The notes below the pieces were generated by a model, which worked only from the letters and a program-made list of their open reading frames with translations, made no database searches and was not told the origin of the DNA. This document shows positions 49,244-59,212 of a stretch of 64,000 nt of DNA, piece after piece. Numbering within the stretch: the first letter of the stretch is position 1; each line of letters starts with the position of its first letter. Source of the DNA: Bacteroidales bacterium (lineage in GTDB: Bacteria; Bacteroidota; Bacteroidia; Bacteroidales; P3); contig JAGCJW010000041.1 in assembly GCA_017647785.1 (NCBI GenBank), positions 18,960-82,959 on the forward strand, given 5' to 3'. A program made the translations under genes and the position numbers.

Positions 49244-49277
49244 AAAGCAAAGAATCATTTTATTGTTTCTTTGCTTT
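49244..49277. terminator. Bidirectional terminator hairpin between yfhO-like and rocD
   Basis: AAAGCAAAGAA-tcattttattgt-TTCTTTGCTTT, 11-bp stem. Confidence 0.6.
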
Positions 49278-49286
49278 ATTTTGATA

Positions 49287-50507
49287 TTATTCAAATGATA
49301 GAATTGCTTGTTTGATTAACTCGATTGCTTCCATTAATTGCTCTTTTGTTATTACAAGTGGTGGAGCAAATCTTATGATGTGTTGGTGTGTTGGTTTAGC
49401 AAGTACTCCTAATTCTTTCATCTTTAAGCATACGTCCCAGGCTTCTTTTCCGTTCTTTGGTTTTATCACGATTGCGTTTAAGAGTCCTTTTCCTCTTACT
49501 AATTCTATCATATCGCTTTTAACCTTTGACATTTCTTCTCTAAAGATTTTTCCTAATTCTTCGGCTTTTTGTTCAAGGTTTTCGTCTTTTACTACTTGCA
49601 GAGCTGCCATTGCTACTTTGCCTGCTAAGCAAAAGCCTCCGAATGTTGAGCCGTGTTCGCCTGGTTTTATGGTTAGCATTATTTCATCATCGGCCAAAAC
49701 TGCTGAAACTGGTATTACTCCTCCTGAAAGTGCTTTTCCTAATATAAGTATGTCGGGTCTTATGCCTTCGTGGTCGCATGCAAGCATTTTTCCTGTGCGG
49801 GCGATTCCTGTTTGTACTTCATCGGCTATGAAAAGTACGTTGTGTTTTTTACAAAGTTCGTAACATGTTTTTAGATATCCTTCGTTTGGAACGTAAACTC
49901 CTGCTTCTCCTTGTATTGGTTCTACAAGAAATCCTGCTACTTTGTCGCCACATTTTTCTAATGCTTGTTCCAAAGCTACTGTGTCGTTGTATGGTATTTT
50001 CAAAAAGCCTGGTGTGAATGGTCCGAATTGTCCATAGCTATCAGGGTCTGTGGACATGGAAATTATTGATATTGTTCTTCCATGAAAGTTTCCTTCACAA
50101 CAGATTATTATTGCTTCATTTTCAGGTATTCCTTTTACTTTGTATCCCCAACGTCTTGCTAATTTCATTGCAGTTTCATCTGCTTCTGCTCCTGTATTCA
50201 TCGGCAAAACTTTATCATATCCAAAGTATTCTGTTATATATTTTTCGTATGGTCCTAAACAATCATTATAAAATGCTCTTGAAGTAAGTGTAAGAGTTTT
50301 TGCTTGTTCACATAAGGCATTTACAATTTTTGGGTGACAATGTCCTTGATTGACTGCTGAATATGCTGACAAGAAATCAAAATAACGTTTACCTTCTACG
50401 TCCCATACAAAAGCGCCTTCTCCTTTTGAAAGAACTACTGGTAGTGGGTGGTAATTATGTGCACCATATTGGTGTTCCATTTCGATGAATTGTTCTGATT
50501 TGTTCAT
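49287..50507 (-). CDS. rocD: Ornithine--oxo-acid aminotransferase
   Basis: 406 aa. Class III PLP aminotransferase ([14 protein letters not shown]). Confidence 0.85.
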   Translation of the reverse strand: MNKSEQFIEMEHQYGAHNYHPLPVVLSKGEGAFVWDVEGKRYFDFLSAYSAVNQGHCHPKIVNALCEQAKTLTLTSRAFYNDCLGPYEKYITEYFGYDKVLPMNTGAEADETAMKLARRWGYKVKGIPENEAIIICCEGNFHGRTISIISMSTDPDSYGQFGPFTPGFLKIPYNDTVALEQALEKCGDKVAGFLVEPIQGEAGVYVPNEGYLKTCYELCKKHNVLFIADEVQTGIARTGKMLACDHEGIRPDILILGKALSGGVIPVSAVLADDEIMLTIKPGEHGSTFGGFCLAGKVAMAALQVVKDENLEQKAEELGKIFREEMSKVKSDMIELVRGKGLLNAIVIKPKNGKEAWDVCLKMKELGVLAKPTHQHIIRFAPPLVITKEQLMEAIELIKQAILSFE

Positions 50508-50577
50508 AACTCTTTTGTTTTAAATGTTTATAATTTGTTTTTTGCTTTAAGGTTATAAAAATATATTTACAACAGTG

Positions 50578-50585
50578 CAAATGTA
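50578..50585 (-). promoter_or_regulatory. Bacteroidota sigma-A -7 box (rocD)
   Basis: Minus strand TACATTTG, 70 nt upstream of the rocD ATG. Confidence 0.45.
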
Positions 50586-50667
50586 ATAAATGTTTTTTAC
50601 TTTACAAATTTTCTATCAAAAAAAACAGCTTTCTATTAGTTTTTTTTATCAAATTAAAGTTTTTATG

Positions 50668-50675
50668 TAACTTTG
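50668..50675 (+). promoter_or_regulatory. Bacteroidota sigma-A -7 box (tRNA nucleotidyltransferase-miaA operon)
   Basis: TAACTTTG only 6 nt before the ATG at 50682, which implies a leaderless or near-leaderless mRNA. Confidence 0.45.
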
Positions 50676-50681
50676 CAGAAT

Positions 50682-52115
50682 ATGTTTAATTTAGAAGAAA
50701 AACTTGATTTTCCTGTATTCAGATATATACAAGAAGCAGCAGATTCATTAGGCTTAGAAACCTATGTTGTTGGTGGTTGGGTGAGAGATGCTATTATGAA
50801 TCGCTCTTGTAAAGATATTGATGTTGTAACTATTGGTAACGGAATTAAATTAGCTAATAAGTTACATGATATTTTGGGTAGTAAAGCGTCTAAAGTTTCT
50901 GTTTTTAGAAATTTTGGAACTGCTATGATTAATTTCAAAGATGGCGATGAGGTTTGGCAAATTGAGTTTGTTGGTGCAAGGAAAGAAAGTTACAATAGAG
51001 ATTCTCGCAAACCTATTGTAGAGGATGGCACTTTGGAAGATGACCAAAACAGAAGGGATTTCACAATTAACGCAATGGCTATTTGCTTAAACAAAGAGAA
51101 TTATGGCAAATTGTTAGACCCTTTTAATGGAATAAATGATATTAAGAATCAAATTATCCAAACTCCTTTAGACCCTGATATAACATTTTCTGATGACCCT
51201 TTGAGAATGCTTAGGGCTATTAGGTTTGCAAGTCGTTTAGATTTTTCTATTCACCCTGATACCTTTGATGCTATTAAAAGAAATGCTTATAGAATAGAGA
51301 TTGTTTCAATGGAAAGGAACATTGAGGAAATTAACAAGATGATTATGTCTGCTCATCCCTCTATGGCGTTTCGTTTAATGGATAAATCAGGTTTATTAGA
51401 ACGCATAATACCTGAATTAGTTAAGTTAAAAGGTACTGAATCTGTTGGAGAAAAATCTCATAAAGACAATTTCAAACACACTTTGGAAGTCTTAGAAAAC
51501 ATATCTAAAAAGACTGATGATTTGTATTTAAGATGGGCTGCTATATTGCACGATATAGGAAAGCCTTATTGCAAAAGATATGATGAGAAAACTGGCTTTT
51601 CGTTTCATGGACACGAAACTAAAGGTAGTAGAATGATTAAAAACATTTTTAGAAGATTGAAACTACCTTTGAATGAAAAAATGAAATATGTTGAAAAGTT
51701 GGTTGCTCTGCATTTAAGACCTATAATATTAGCCGAAAGTGTTGTTACTGATTCTGCTGTTAGGCGTTTACTTTTTGAGGCTGGTGATGATATTGATGAC
51801 TTAATGGCATTATGTCAAGCCGATGTTACTTCTAAAAACATGAACAAAGTGAAGCAGTATATGCAAAACTTTGAAACGGTAAAACGCAAGCTTTTAGAAA
51901 TAGAGGAAAAAGATAGAGTAAGAAACTTCCAACCTCCTGTTGATGGAGAAGAAATAATGCAAATCTTTAACATTGCACCTTGTAGAGAAATTGGTACTTT
52001 AAAAACCATAATTAAAGATGCTATTTTAGATGGTATTATTCCAAACGAGAGAGAAGCGGCTTTGGATTTACTTTATAAAGAAGCTGAAAAAATAGGGCTT
52101 AAACGAGTTTTATGA
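50682..52115 (+). CDS. tRNA nucleotidyltransferase/poly(A) polymerase family protein with HD domain
   Basis: GGWVRD, DIDV and RRDFTINA head-domain motifs plus HDIGKP in the HD domain. The ATG at 50682 lies 6 nt after a TAACTTTG box. Confidence 0.8.
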   Translation: MFNLEEKLDFPVFRYIQEAADSLGLETYVVGGWVRDAIMNRSCKDIDVVTIGNGIKLANKLHDILGSKASKVSVFRNFGTAMINFKDGDEVWQIEFVGARKESYNRDSRKPIVEDGTLEDDQNRRDFTINAMAICLNKENYGKLLDPFNGINDIKNQIIQTPLDPDITFSDDPLRMLRAIRFASRLDFSIHPDTFDAIKRNAYRIEIVSMERNIEEINKMIMSAHPSMAFRLMDKSGLLERIIPELVKLKGTESVGEKSHKDNFKHTLEVLENISKKTDDLYLRWAAILHDIGKPYCKRYDEKTGFSFHGHETKGSRMIKNIFRRLKLPLNEKMKYVEKLVALHLRPIILAESVVTDSAVRRLLFEAGDDIDDLMALCQADVTSKNMNKVKQYMQNFETVKRKLLEIEEKDRVRNFQPPVDGEEIMQIFNIAPCREIGTLKTIIKDAILDGIIPNEREAALDLLYKEAEKIGLKRVL

Positions 52116-53002
52116 AAAAGAAATTAGTTGTTTTAATTGGTCCGACAGCTGTTGGGAAAACTGCTTTAAGCATTGAGTTGGCAAATTTCTTGAATACAGA
52201 AATTGTATCTGCAGATTCACGACAATTTTACAAAGAATTAAATATAGGTGTTGCGACTCCTTCTCTTGAAGAGTTGTCTATGGCAAAGCACAACTTGATT
52301 GGACATATCTCTATTCAACAAAAATATAATATATCTGATTTTGAACAAGACGCTTTAAAGGAACTAGAAAGAATATTTCAAGAAAATGATTATGCTGTTC
52401 TTACAGGTGGAAGTGGATTGTATGTAAATGCTCTTTGCTATGGAGTAGATAATATGCCAGATGTAAAACCTGAAATAAGAGAAGAGCTAAACGAAATATT
52501 TACTACACAAGGTATTGTCCCACTTCAAGAAGAACTAAAACTTAAAGACCCAGAGTATTGGGAAATTGTAGATAAACAAAATCACATAAGACTAATTAGA
52601 GCTTTGGAAGTTTGTCGTCAAACAGGTAAAACATTTACATCGTTTCGTTCGGGAGAGAAAAAACAACGAGATTTTGAAATAATTAAAATCGGACTTGAAA
52701 GAAGTAGAGAAAACCTTTTAGATAGAATTTATCAAAGGGTTGATATTATGATAAAAGATGGTTTAATTGAGGAAGCTAAAGGTGTTTATCCTTACAGAAA
52801 TCTTCAAGCCTTACAAACTGTTGGTTACAAGGAATTATTTGAATACTTTGATGGAAAAGTTGATTTACCAACTGCTATAGAAAACATCAAAATAAACACA
52901 AGACAATATGCAAAAAGACAAATGACGTGGTTTAAAAAAGATAAATCTACTCTTTGGCTTAATGCTGAAAATAAAATTGATTGGAAATGTTTAGACTTAT
53001 AA
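52112..53002 (+). CDS. miaA: tRNA dimethylallyltransferase
   Basis: 296 aa. GPTAVGKT P-loop and DSRQFY motif. 4-nt overlap with the upstream gene. Confidence 0.93.
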   Translation: MKKKLVVLIGPTAVGKTALSIELANFLNTEIVSADSRQFYKELNIGVATPSLEELSMAKHNLIGHISIQQKYNISDFEQDALKELERIFQENDYAVLTGGSGLYVNALCYGVDNMPDVKPEIREELNEIFTTQGIVPLQEELKLKDPEYWEIVDKQNHIRLIRALEVCRQTGKTFTSFRSGEKKQRDFEIIKIGLERSRENLLDRIYQRVDIMIKDGLIEEAKGVYPYRNLQALQTVGYKELFEYFDGKVDLPTAIENIKINTRQYAKRQMTWFKKDKSTLWLNAENKIDWKCLDL

Positions 53003-54156
53003 TATACATTTTGCTTACTTTTTCTATGCTTTCACTTTCTGCACAAGAAAGCTCAGAAAAGAAAAACCTTATATACAACTCTTCTTTTGAAGAGCACTTT
53101 TTTTGTCCTCAAAAAATTGAACCTTACGGACAAATGATGGAAGTTGAAGCTTGGTGGCAACCAACTGGAGGTTCTTCCGATTACTATCACCCTTGTGGAG
53201 GCAAACAATGCCAAATGCCTAAAAACAAATTAGGATATCAATACGCAAAAACCGGTGAAGGAATGGTTGGAATCTACACTTCAAAAACAACATATAGAGA
53301 ATATATTCAAACCGAATTAAAAGAAACATTACAAGCTGGTGAGAAATATAAACTTAGTTTTTGGGTTAGCTTATCCGAATACTCCACAGGAGCAGTTGCA
53401 ACTATTGGAGGTTTATTTACTAATGAGAGAATAAAAGATGATACTCGTGAATTGTTTACAAACAACACTAAAACAAAACATTCCAATGGCATAAAACAAG
53501 AAATTGCAAAGATATTTCAACCTCAAGTTGTCAATTCTTTTGATAAACCTCTTTTAGATACTGAAAATTGGCAAAAAATTGAAGGTGAATTTATTGCACA
53601 AGGTGGAGAACGCTTTTTGACTATAGGGAATTTTTATCCTGCAGAACAAAGTAATTTACTTTTTCCCGCAATCTTAAAACAAATTCTTCCAGGTGCTTAC
53701 TACTATATAGATGATGTAGAGCTTTATTGTTTGACTTGCAATGAGAAAAAGACTATAAAACAAGACAATATCACTATAACAACTACAAAAGACAAAAAGA
53801 AATACGAAGTTGGACAAGTAATAGTTTTAGAAAACATTTTCTTTGATTTTGACAAGAGCGTTTTATTACCTCAAAGCTTTGTGGAATTACATAAACTCAT
53901 CAATATTTTAGAAGAACATCCTGAAATGAAAATTGAATTATCAGGACACACCGATAGTAAAGGTAGTGACAAATATAATTTGAAACTATCCAAAGAAAGA
54001 GCTGAAGCTGTATTTAATTATCTTATTGACAAGGGCATTGACGAAAAGAGATTAACTCATAAAGGCTTTGGTGCAAAACAACCTATTGCTGACAATGCTA
54101 CCGAAGAAGGTAGAGCCAAAAACAGAAGAGTTGAGTTTAAAATTATTTCTATGTAA
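52987..54156 (+). CDS. OmpA-family protein (novel N-terminal domain + OmpA C-terminal peptidoglycan-binding domain)
   Basis: Signal peptide. C-terminal FDFDKSVL...GHTDSKGSDKYNLKLSKERA...NRRVEF OmpA_C motif. The start could be the TTG at 52981 or the ATG at 52987. Confidence 0.8.
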   Translation: MFRLIIYILLTFSMLSLSAQESSEKKNLIYNSSFEEHFFCPQKIEPYGQMMEVEAWWQPTGGSSDYYHPCGGKQCQMPKNKLGYQYAKTGEGMVGIYTSKTTYREYIQTELKETLQAGEKYKLSFWVSLSEYSTGAVATIGGLFTNERIKDDTRELFTNNTKTKHSNGIKQEIAKIFQPQVVNSFDKPLLDTENWQKIEGEFIAQGGERFLTIGNFYPAEQSNLLFPAILKQILPGAYYYIDDVELYCLTCNEKKTIKQDNITITTTKDKKKYEVGQVIVLENIFFDFDKSVLLPQSFVELHKLINILEEHPEMKIELSGHTDSKGSDKYNLKLSKERAEAVFNYLIDKGIDEKRLTHKGFGAKQPIADNATEEGRAKNRRVEFKIISM

Positions 54157-54159
54157 ATT

Positions 54160-54816
54160 ATGGAAAAACAAATTCACCCATTTCTTGACGAGAGAATAGA
54201 AGACTACTGCCAAGAGTTTTGTTCAAAAGAAGATGAACGTTTGAAATACATTGACAGACAAACTCATATTAAGTTTTTACGTCCCAATATGTTAAGTGGG
54301 AATTGGCAAGGTAATCTTTTAAAGATAATTTCTTTACTTGTAAAACCTCAAAGAGTTTTAGAGATTGGCACTTTTACTTCTTACGCTACACTATGCCTTG
54401 CAGAAGGTTTGCAAGAAGGTGGAATCGTTCATACAATAGAAAGAGATGAAGGTTTGGAATACTTTATAAGAGAAACTATTGAAAGATTTAATCTATCCGA
54501 CAAAATAAAACTTCATATAGGTAATGCTTTAGAAGTAATTGATGAAATAGATGGTAATTTTGATTTAATTTTCATTGATGCCGACAAGGCAAACTATCCT
54601 ACATATTTTGAAAAATGCGTTGAAAGACTCAATAGCGGTGGAGTTTTAATTGCAGATAATATTCTTTGGTATGGTAAAGTTGTTTTAGATGTAAAAGACA
54701 GCGACAAAGAAACAAATGCCATTAAAAACTTCAACAGAATGGTAACTGAAGATGAAAGATTAGATAATCTTATTATACCATTACGCGATGGGCTTATGGT
54801 AGCCAGAAAGAAGTAA
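54160..54816 (+). CDS. Class I SAM-dependent O-methyltransferase (caffeoyl-CoA OMT / YrrM-TrmR-like)
   Basis: 218 aa. VLEIGTFTSY SAM motif and FIDADKANY. Confidence 0.8.
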   Translation: MEKQIHPFLDERIEDYCQEFCSKEDERLKYIDRQTHIKFLRPNMLSGNWQGNLLKIISLLVKPQRVLEIGTFTSYATLCLAEGLQEGGIVHTIERDEGLEYFIRETIERFNLSDKIKLHIGNALEVIDEIDGNFDLIFIDADKANYPTYFEKCVERLNSGGVLIADNILWYGKVVLDVKDSDKETNAIKNFNRMVTEDERLDNLIIPLRDGLMVARKK

Positions 54817-55345
54817 AATCGTTAAATCCATATCCACAACAAGGACTATGGTGATATGGCATATAAGGATTACAAAATACAAAAGGATTATTTGTATCAA
54901 CAAATGTCAAAGACACATCTATAAAAGAGTTTTCTCTAAACACATAACGAAAAGATGCATTAATAGCTCTTGTATAAAACAAACTATTTTCAACAACCAT
55001 ATTGCTTAAATAGGCAGAAAAACTCATCAAAAACTTTTCTGAAACCTTATAATCAACTGCTGCTTTAAGAGCCATCTGTTTTCCTTTTGCAGAATAAGGC
55101 GCTTTGTCTTCAAGTTGTGGACTTGGAATTTTAAGGAAGAAATCTGTTGAAGAAGCTCCTATTCTCATTCCCCATTTATCAGAAATCAATCCATTATACT
55201 CTGCTCCCATTCTACTTGCACTAAAATGCGTTCCAAATCCTGCAGAATATGTTAATCTCATATCATAATCATCAGCCTTTGCTTCTTGACAAAATGCCGA
55301 GAAACAAAGACTGAGACAAATTATTGAGAATATTATTTTCTTCAT
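54794..55345 (-). CDS. Putative outer-membrane beta-barrel protein
   Basis: Signal peptide MKKIIFSIICLSLCFSAFCQ. Alternating hydrophobic beta-strand pattern. The 3' end overlaps the convergent methyltransferase gene by 23 nt. Confidence 0.45.
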   Translation of the reverse strand: MKKIIFSIICLSLCFSAFCQEAKADDYDMRLTYSAGFGTHFSASRMGAEYNGLISDKWGMRIGASSTDFFLKIPSPQLEDKAPYSAKGKQMALKAAVDYKVSEKFLMSFSAYLSNMVVENSLFYTRAINASFRYVFRENSFIDVSLTFVDTNNPFVFCNPYMPYHHSPCCGYGFNDFTSFWLP

Positions 55346-55362
55346 TTTATTTTTTGATAAGT

Positions 55363-56274
55363 TTACCAACGAATACCGTGATTCCAGTTATCAAAGAAAT
55401 AAGTAATACTCAATGTTATTAATTGCTGACGAGGTGATGAAGGTATTGGTTGATTCAAAAACTCAAATGATGTAGAGATATCATCATATCCTTTTGCTTC
55501 ATATCTTGAGTTAAACTTCTTTTCATAATCATATAAAGGAGTAAAACTATATTGATATTGCGCTAGGAATTGAACACTCTTCCATTCAAAACCTAAACCT
55601 ATTTGAAAACCACCATCAATTTGCCAAGTACCATCTGTTGCGAAAGTATCATTACGGTCCTTCCAATAAGTTGCACCATGCACTGTTGGGTCAAAACAAA
55701 TCAAACGATGCACACCTGTTTCTTCATTTCTAAAAGGTTCTCTAATTGGTTCATGTTGTGAACGAGGAGAATCATTTTCGCCATAATGGTCCTCAAAATC
55801 AGTGAAACCGTAAAGTCCTACGCCAAAAAATGCTCCTAAAGATGCAACTAAACGCCAGTCATCATTCAATTCATACTTATACATAAAGTCAATAGGTAAT
55901 TGAAGATAATCTGCTCTTGCGTCTATTTCAACATTTTGTGTATTTACTTTGTACCCCTTTGTTGTATATAAAAGATTACCTTGCAAAAAGAAATACTCAT
56001 TTAATTGTGCTTGCGCTGCAAACCCTGCATTAAATCCATATTTAAATGGTTTTGTATCCGTAAATCCGATATACTCTAATCTTTCATTATAATACGCTAA
56101 ACCATTATAAACATCTAAACCTTTTGCAGAAGTTAAATCACTCATATTAAATCCTGCTCTCAAGCCCAATCTTATCAATGGTGCTTTATTTCTTCTCTGT
56201 GCAGAAAGATTTTCTGCAAAAAATACAGAGAAAAGCACAAATATCATTGATAAAAACAATATTCTCTTTTTCAT
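55363..56274 (-). CDS. Outer-membrane beta-barrel (porin-family, OMP_b-brl_2-like) protein
   Basis: 303 aa, signal peptide, GLRAGFNMSDL first strand, C-terminal aromatic residue (W). Confidence 0.6.
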   Translation of the reverse strand: MKKRILFLSMIFVLFSVFFAENLSAQRRNKAPLIRLGLRAGFNMSDLTSAKGLDVYNGLAYYNERLEYIGFTDTKPFKYGFNAGFAAQAQLNEYFFLQGNLLYTTKGYKVNTQNVEIDARADYLQLPIDFMYKYELNDDWRLVASLGAFFGVGLYGFTDFEDHYGENDSPRSQHEPIREPFRNEETGVHRLICFDPTVHGATYWKDRNDTFATDGTWQIDGGFQIGLGFEWKSVQFLAQYQYSFTPLYDYEKKFNSRYEAKGYDDISTSFEFLNQPIPSSPRQQLITLSITYFFDNWNHGIRW

Positions 56275-56287
56275 ATTTTATTTAATT

Positions 56288-58549
56288 TTATTTCTTATTT
56301 CTAAGATATTCATCTATACTCTTTGCTGCCTTTTTACCTGCACCCATTGCAAGAATTACAGTTGCTGCACCCATTACAGCATCTCCACCTGCAAAGATAC
56401 CTTCTCTTGAAGTAGCTGCGTGTTCATCAGTTTGGATTCCACCCCAATCTGTTGCATCAAGATTTTCTGTTGTATCTATGATTAATTTATTAGGAGCTGT
56501 TCCCAATGCCATAATCACGCAGTCAGCAGGTAATTCATGTTCACTACCAGGCAATTCAACAGGGCTTCTTCTTCCACTTGCATCAGGTTCACCAAGTTCC
56601 ATCTTAACACATTTCACTGATTTCACCCAACCTTTTTCATCACCCATTATTTCAACAGGATTAGTCATAAAGTGGAACTCAATTCCCTCTTCTTTTGCGT
56701 GATGGATTTCCTCTGCTCTTGCAGGCATTTCATTCTTTCCTCTACGATAAACAACATGCACCTCTGCACCTAAACGTCTTGCAGTACGAGCAGCGTCCAT
56801 TGCAACGTTACCTCCTCCTACTACAATTGTTACATTACCAGGATAAACAGGTGTGTCGTAACCATCTTCGTATGCTTTCATCAAATTACTTCTTGTAAGC
56901 AATTCGTTAGCCGAAACAACACCATTTAAGTTCTTTCCTGGAATATTCATAAACTTAGGAAGACCAGCACCAGATGCTATATAAACAGCAGAGAATCCTT
57001 CTTTATCAAACAATTCATCAATTGTGATACTTCTACCTATTATAACGTCTGTTACAATCTTTACTCCTAATTTCTTAATATTTTCAACTTCTTCTTTAAC
57101 AACCTTTTCTTTTGGAAGACGGAATTCAGGAATACCATAAACCAAAACTCCACCAGCTTGATGTAAAGCTTCAAATATTGTTACATCATATCCCATTTTT
57201 GCTAAGTCTCCCGCACAAGTCAAACCACTTGGACCACTACCAACGATTGCAACCTTCTTACCATTTGAAGCAGGAACTTCTGTGAAATCCAATTTAACCT
57301 CTCTTGCCCAGTCTGCAACAAATCTTTCCAACTTACCAATTGCTACAGGGTCGCCTTTCTTACCAAGAACACAACTTCCTTCACATTGACTTTCTTGTGG
57401 ACAAACTCTACCACACACTGCTGGCAAGGCTGAAGATGAAGAAATAATTTTGTATGCCTGTGCAAAATGTCCAACTGCACCACCTCTTATTTGTTTAATG
57501 AAAGCTGGAATATCAATATTAACAGGACATGCACTCACACAACCAGGATTCTTACATTGCAAACATCTGTCTGCTTCCTCCATTGCCTCTTCCATTGTGT
57601 AACCATAACATACCTCGTCAAAATTCTTCACTCTCACAACAGCATCTTGTTCTCTTACAGGAACACGTCTTTTCTTTATTGTGTGATTTACTGCTGCAGT
57701 AAGATTACATTTATGGTCATCTGAATCGGTTGCTATTTCGTGAGTTTTATACATTGATTGTCTTCTGATAGCTTCATCAAAATCTACAAGATGTGCATCA
57801 AACTCTGGACCATCAACACAAGTAAACTTAGTCTTTCCACCAATTGTTACTCTACACGCACCACACATACCAGTACCATCAACCATCAATGAGTTCAAAC
57901 TAACAGTTGTTTTAATTCCAAGTTCTTTTGTCAAAAGAGAAACAAACTTCATCATCACCATTGGTCCAATTGCTACCACTTCATCATACTTTGCACCTTC
58001 TTCAACAAGTTTCTTCACACAATCCGTTACCAATCCCTTCATTCCATACGAACCATCATCAGTACAAACATAAAGATTATCAGCCACCTCTCTCATCATA
58101 TCTTCAAGAATAAGAGTATTCTTAGTTTTTGTACCGATAATCACATCTGCTTTCATTCCGTGTTCTTTCACCCACTTAACTTGAGGATACACAGGTGCAG
58201 TACCAACTCCCCCTGCAACGAATAAGATTTTCTTATTTGCTTTTTCCTCTTCTGGAACATACATCAATTCAGACTCCTTACCAAGAGGTCCAACAACATC
58301 TTTCAATTTGTTTCCTTTTCCTAATTTTGCTAACTTCTCAGTAGATTTACCAACAATTTGGAAAACGATTGTAATAGTTCCTTCTTCCTTATTGTAATCA
58401 CAAATAGTCAAAGGGATTCTCTCACCCTTATCATCTATTATTATAATAACGAATTGTCCAGGTTTTGCTGCTCTTGCTACCCAATACGCACTTATCTCCA
58501 TTAAATAAATATTAGAGGTAAGTTGCTCTCTTCTTCTTATTTCAAACAT
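56288..58549 (-). CDS. Fused PyrK/NfnA-like FAD-[2Fe-2S] reductase + GltD/NfnB-like NADPH-dependent glutamate synthase small-chain homologue
   Basis: 753 aa. The N-terminal ~280 aa carry GGVGTAP and the C..GMCGACRV cluster. The C-terminal ~470 aa carry CLQC..PGC..CP and C..C..C ferredoxin-like motifs and two GSGPSG/GGGNVAMD Rossmann folds. Confidence 0.8.
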   Translation of the reverse strand: MFEIRRREQLTSNIYLMEISAYWVARAAKPGQFVIIIIDDKGERIPLTICDYNKEEGTITIVFQIVGKSTEKLAKLGKGNKLKDVVGPLGKESELMYVPEEEKANKKILFVAGGVGTAPVYPQVKWVKEHGMKADVIIGTKTKNTLILEDMMREVADNLYVCTDDGSYGMKGLVTDCVKKLVEEGAKYDEVVAIGPMVMMKFVSLLTKELGIKTTVSLNSLMVDGTGMCGACRVTIGGKTKFTCVDGPEFDAHLVDFDEAIRRQSMYKTHEIATDSDDHKCNLTAAVNHTIKKRRVPVREQDAVVRVKNFDEVCYGYTMEEAMEEADRCLQCKNPGCVSACPVNIDIPAFIKQIRGGAVGHFAQAYKIISSSSALPAVCGRVCPQESQCEGSCVLGKKGDPVAIGKLERFVADWAREVKLDFTEVPASNGKKVAIVGSGPSGLTCAGDLAKMGYDVTIFEALHQAGGVLVYGIPEFRLPKEKVVKEEVENIKKLGVKIVTDVIIGRSITIDELFDKEGFSAVYIASGAGLPKFMNIPGKNLNGVVSANELLTRSNLMKAYEDGYDTPVYPGNVTIVVGGGNVAMDAARTARRLGAEVHVVYRRGKNEMPARAEEIHHAKEEGIEFHFMTNPVEIMGDEKGWVKSVKCVKMELGEPDASGRRSPVELPGSEHELPADCVIMALGTAPNKLIIDTTENLDATDWGGIQTDEHAATSREGIFAGGDAVMGAATVILAMGAGKKAAKSIDEYLRNKK

Positions 58550-58557
58550 AAAGGTTT

Positions 58558-59040
58558 TTATTTTTTTTCAAATTTTAATTTTTCCATATCAACAATTTCC
58601 TCTTCACTAAGAGAAAGTTCCATTTTCAATTTCAATTCCGATACTCTGCTTAAAAGAGTCAATAAAACAGAAATAATTGAAAACAATAAAAATGAACTTT
58701 GATTACAAAAAAACAATCCAATCAATGCAGTGATATTCACTATTGAATAAAAACGCAAACGTTTTATTTGTAACATTCTGTATTTCTCTAATTTCTCAGG
58801 CAAAGGCAAAGAGACCAAATCTTTTACCTTACGATTTACTCCCTTTCCACCCAAAAACACACAAAGAATCATTACCAGCATCAAAACATACGAAAATGTA
58901 ACACTGTAACCCTTTGAAAGAATTGGTGGATTCGACAAGTAATAATAATAAGTAATTACATAAAACATTGCAACGAGCAATATTTCAATAAAAATCATCG
59001 CACTCCACGACTTATTTAGTAATTTCAAATATTTTTGCAT
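58558..59040 (-). CDS. Hypothetical 4-TM membrane protein
   Basis: 160 aa, hydrophobic segments. Own TATATTTG box at 59064-59071. Ends 8 nt upstream of the nfn-like gene. Confidence 0.4.
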   Translation of the reverse strand: MQKYLKLLNKSWSAMIFIEILLVAMFYVITYYYYLSNPPILSKGYSVTFSYVLMLVMILCVFLGGKGVNRKVKDLVSLPLPEKLEKYRMLQIKRLRFYSIVNITALIGLFFCNQSSFLLFSIISVLLTLLSRVSELKLKMELSLSEEEIVDMEKLKFEKK

Positions 59041-59063
59041 AAAAAAGTCTTTTATTCAACTTG

Positions 59064-59071
59064 CAAATATA
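59064..59071 (-). promoter_or_regulatory. Bacteroidota sigma-A -7 box (160-aa membrane protein + nfn-like gene)
   Basis: Minus strand TATATTTG, 23 nt upstream of the ATG at 59040. Confidence 0.5.
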
Positions 59072-59099
59072 CAAAAAAAACTCTTTGATTTAGCAAAAT

Positions 59100-59185
59100 A
59101 AAACAAAGAAAAAACAAAATAAAACAAAGAAAAAAAAGAATGAAACAAAGAAAAAAAAGAATGAAACAAAGAAAAATTTGCTTCA
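59100..59185. repeat. 4 x 21-bp phased (A/G)AAACAAAGAA repeat array
   Basis: The core C occurs at 59104, 59125, 59146 and 59167. The last two units (AAAGAATGAAACAAAGAAAAA) are near-identical. Confidence 0.9.
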
Positions 59186-59189
59186 TTCT
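59158..59189 (-). terminator. Terminator-like hairpin downstream of the PepSY-like gene
   Basis: AGAATGAA..AAA / TTTG.TTCATTCT imperfect stem, followed on the minus strand by a long T-rich run. Confidence 0.45.
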
Positions 59190-59212
59190 TTAAAACTCAA
59201 AACTTAAACCTA

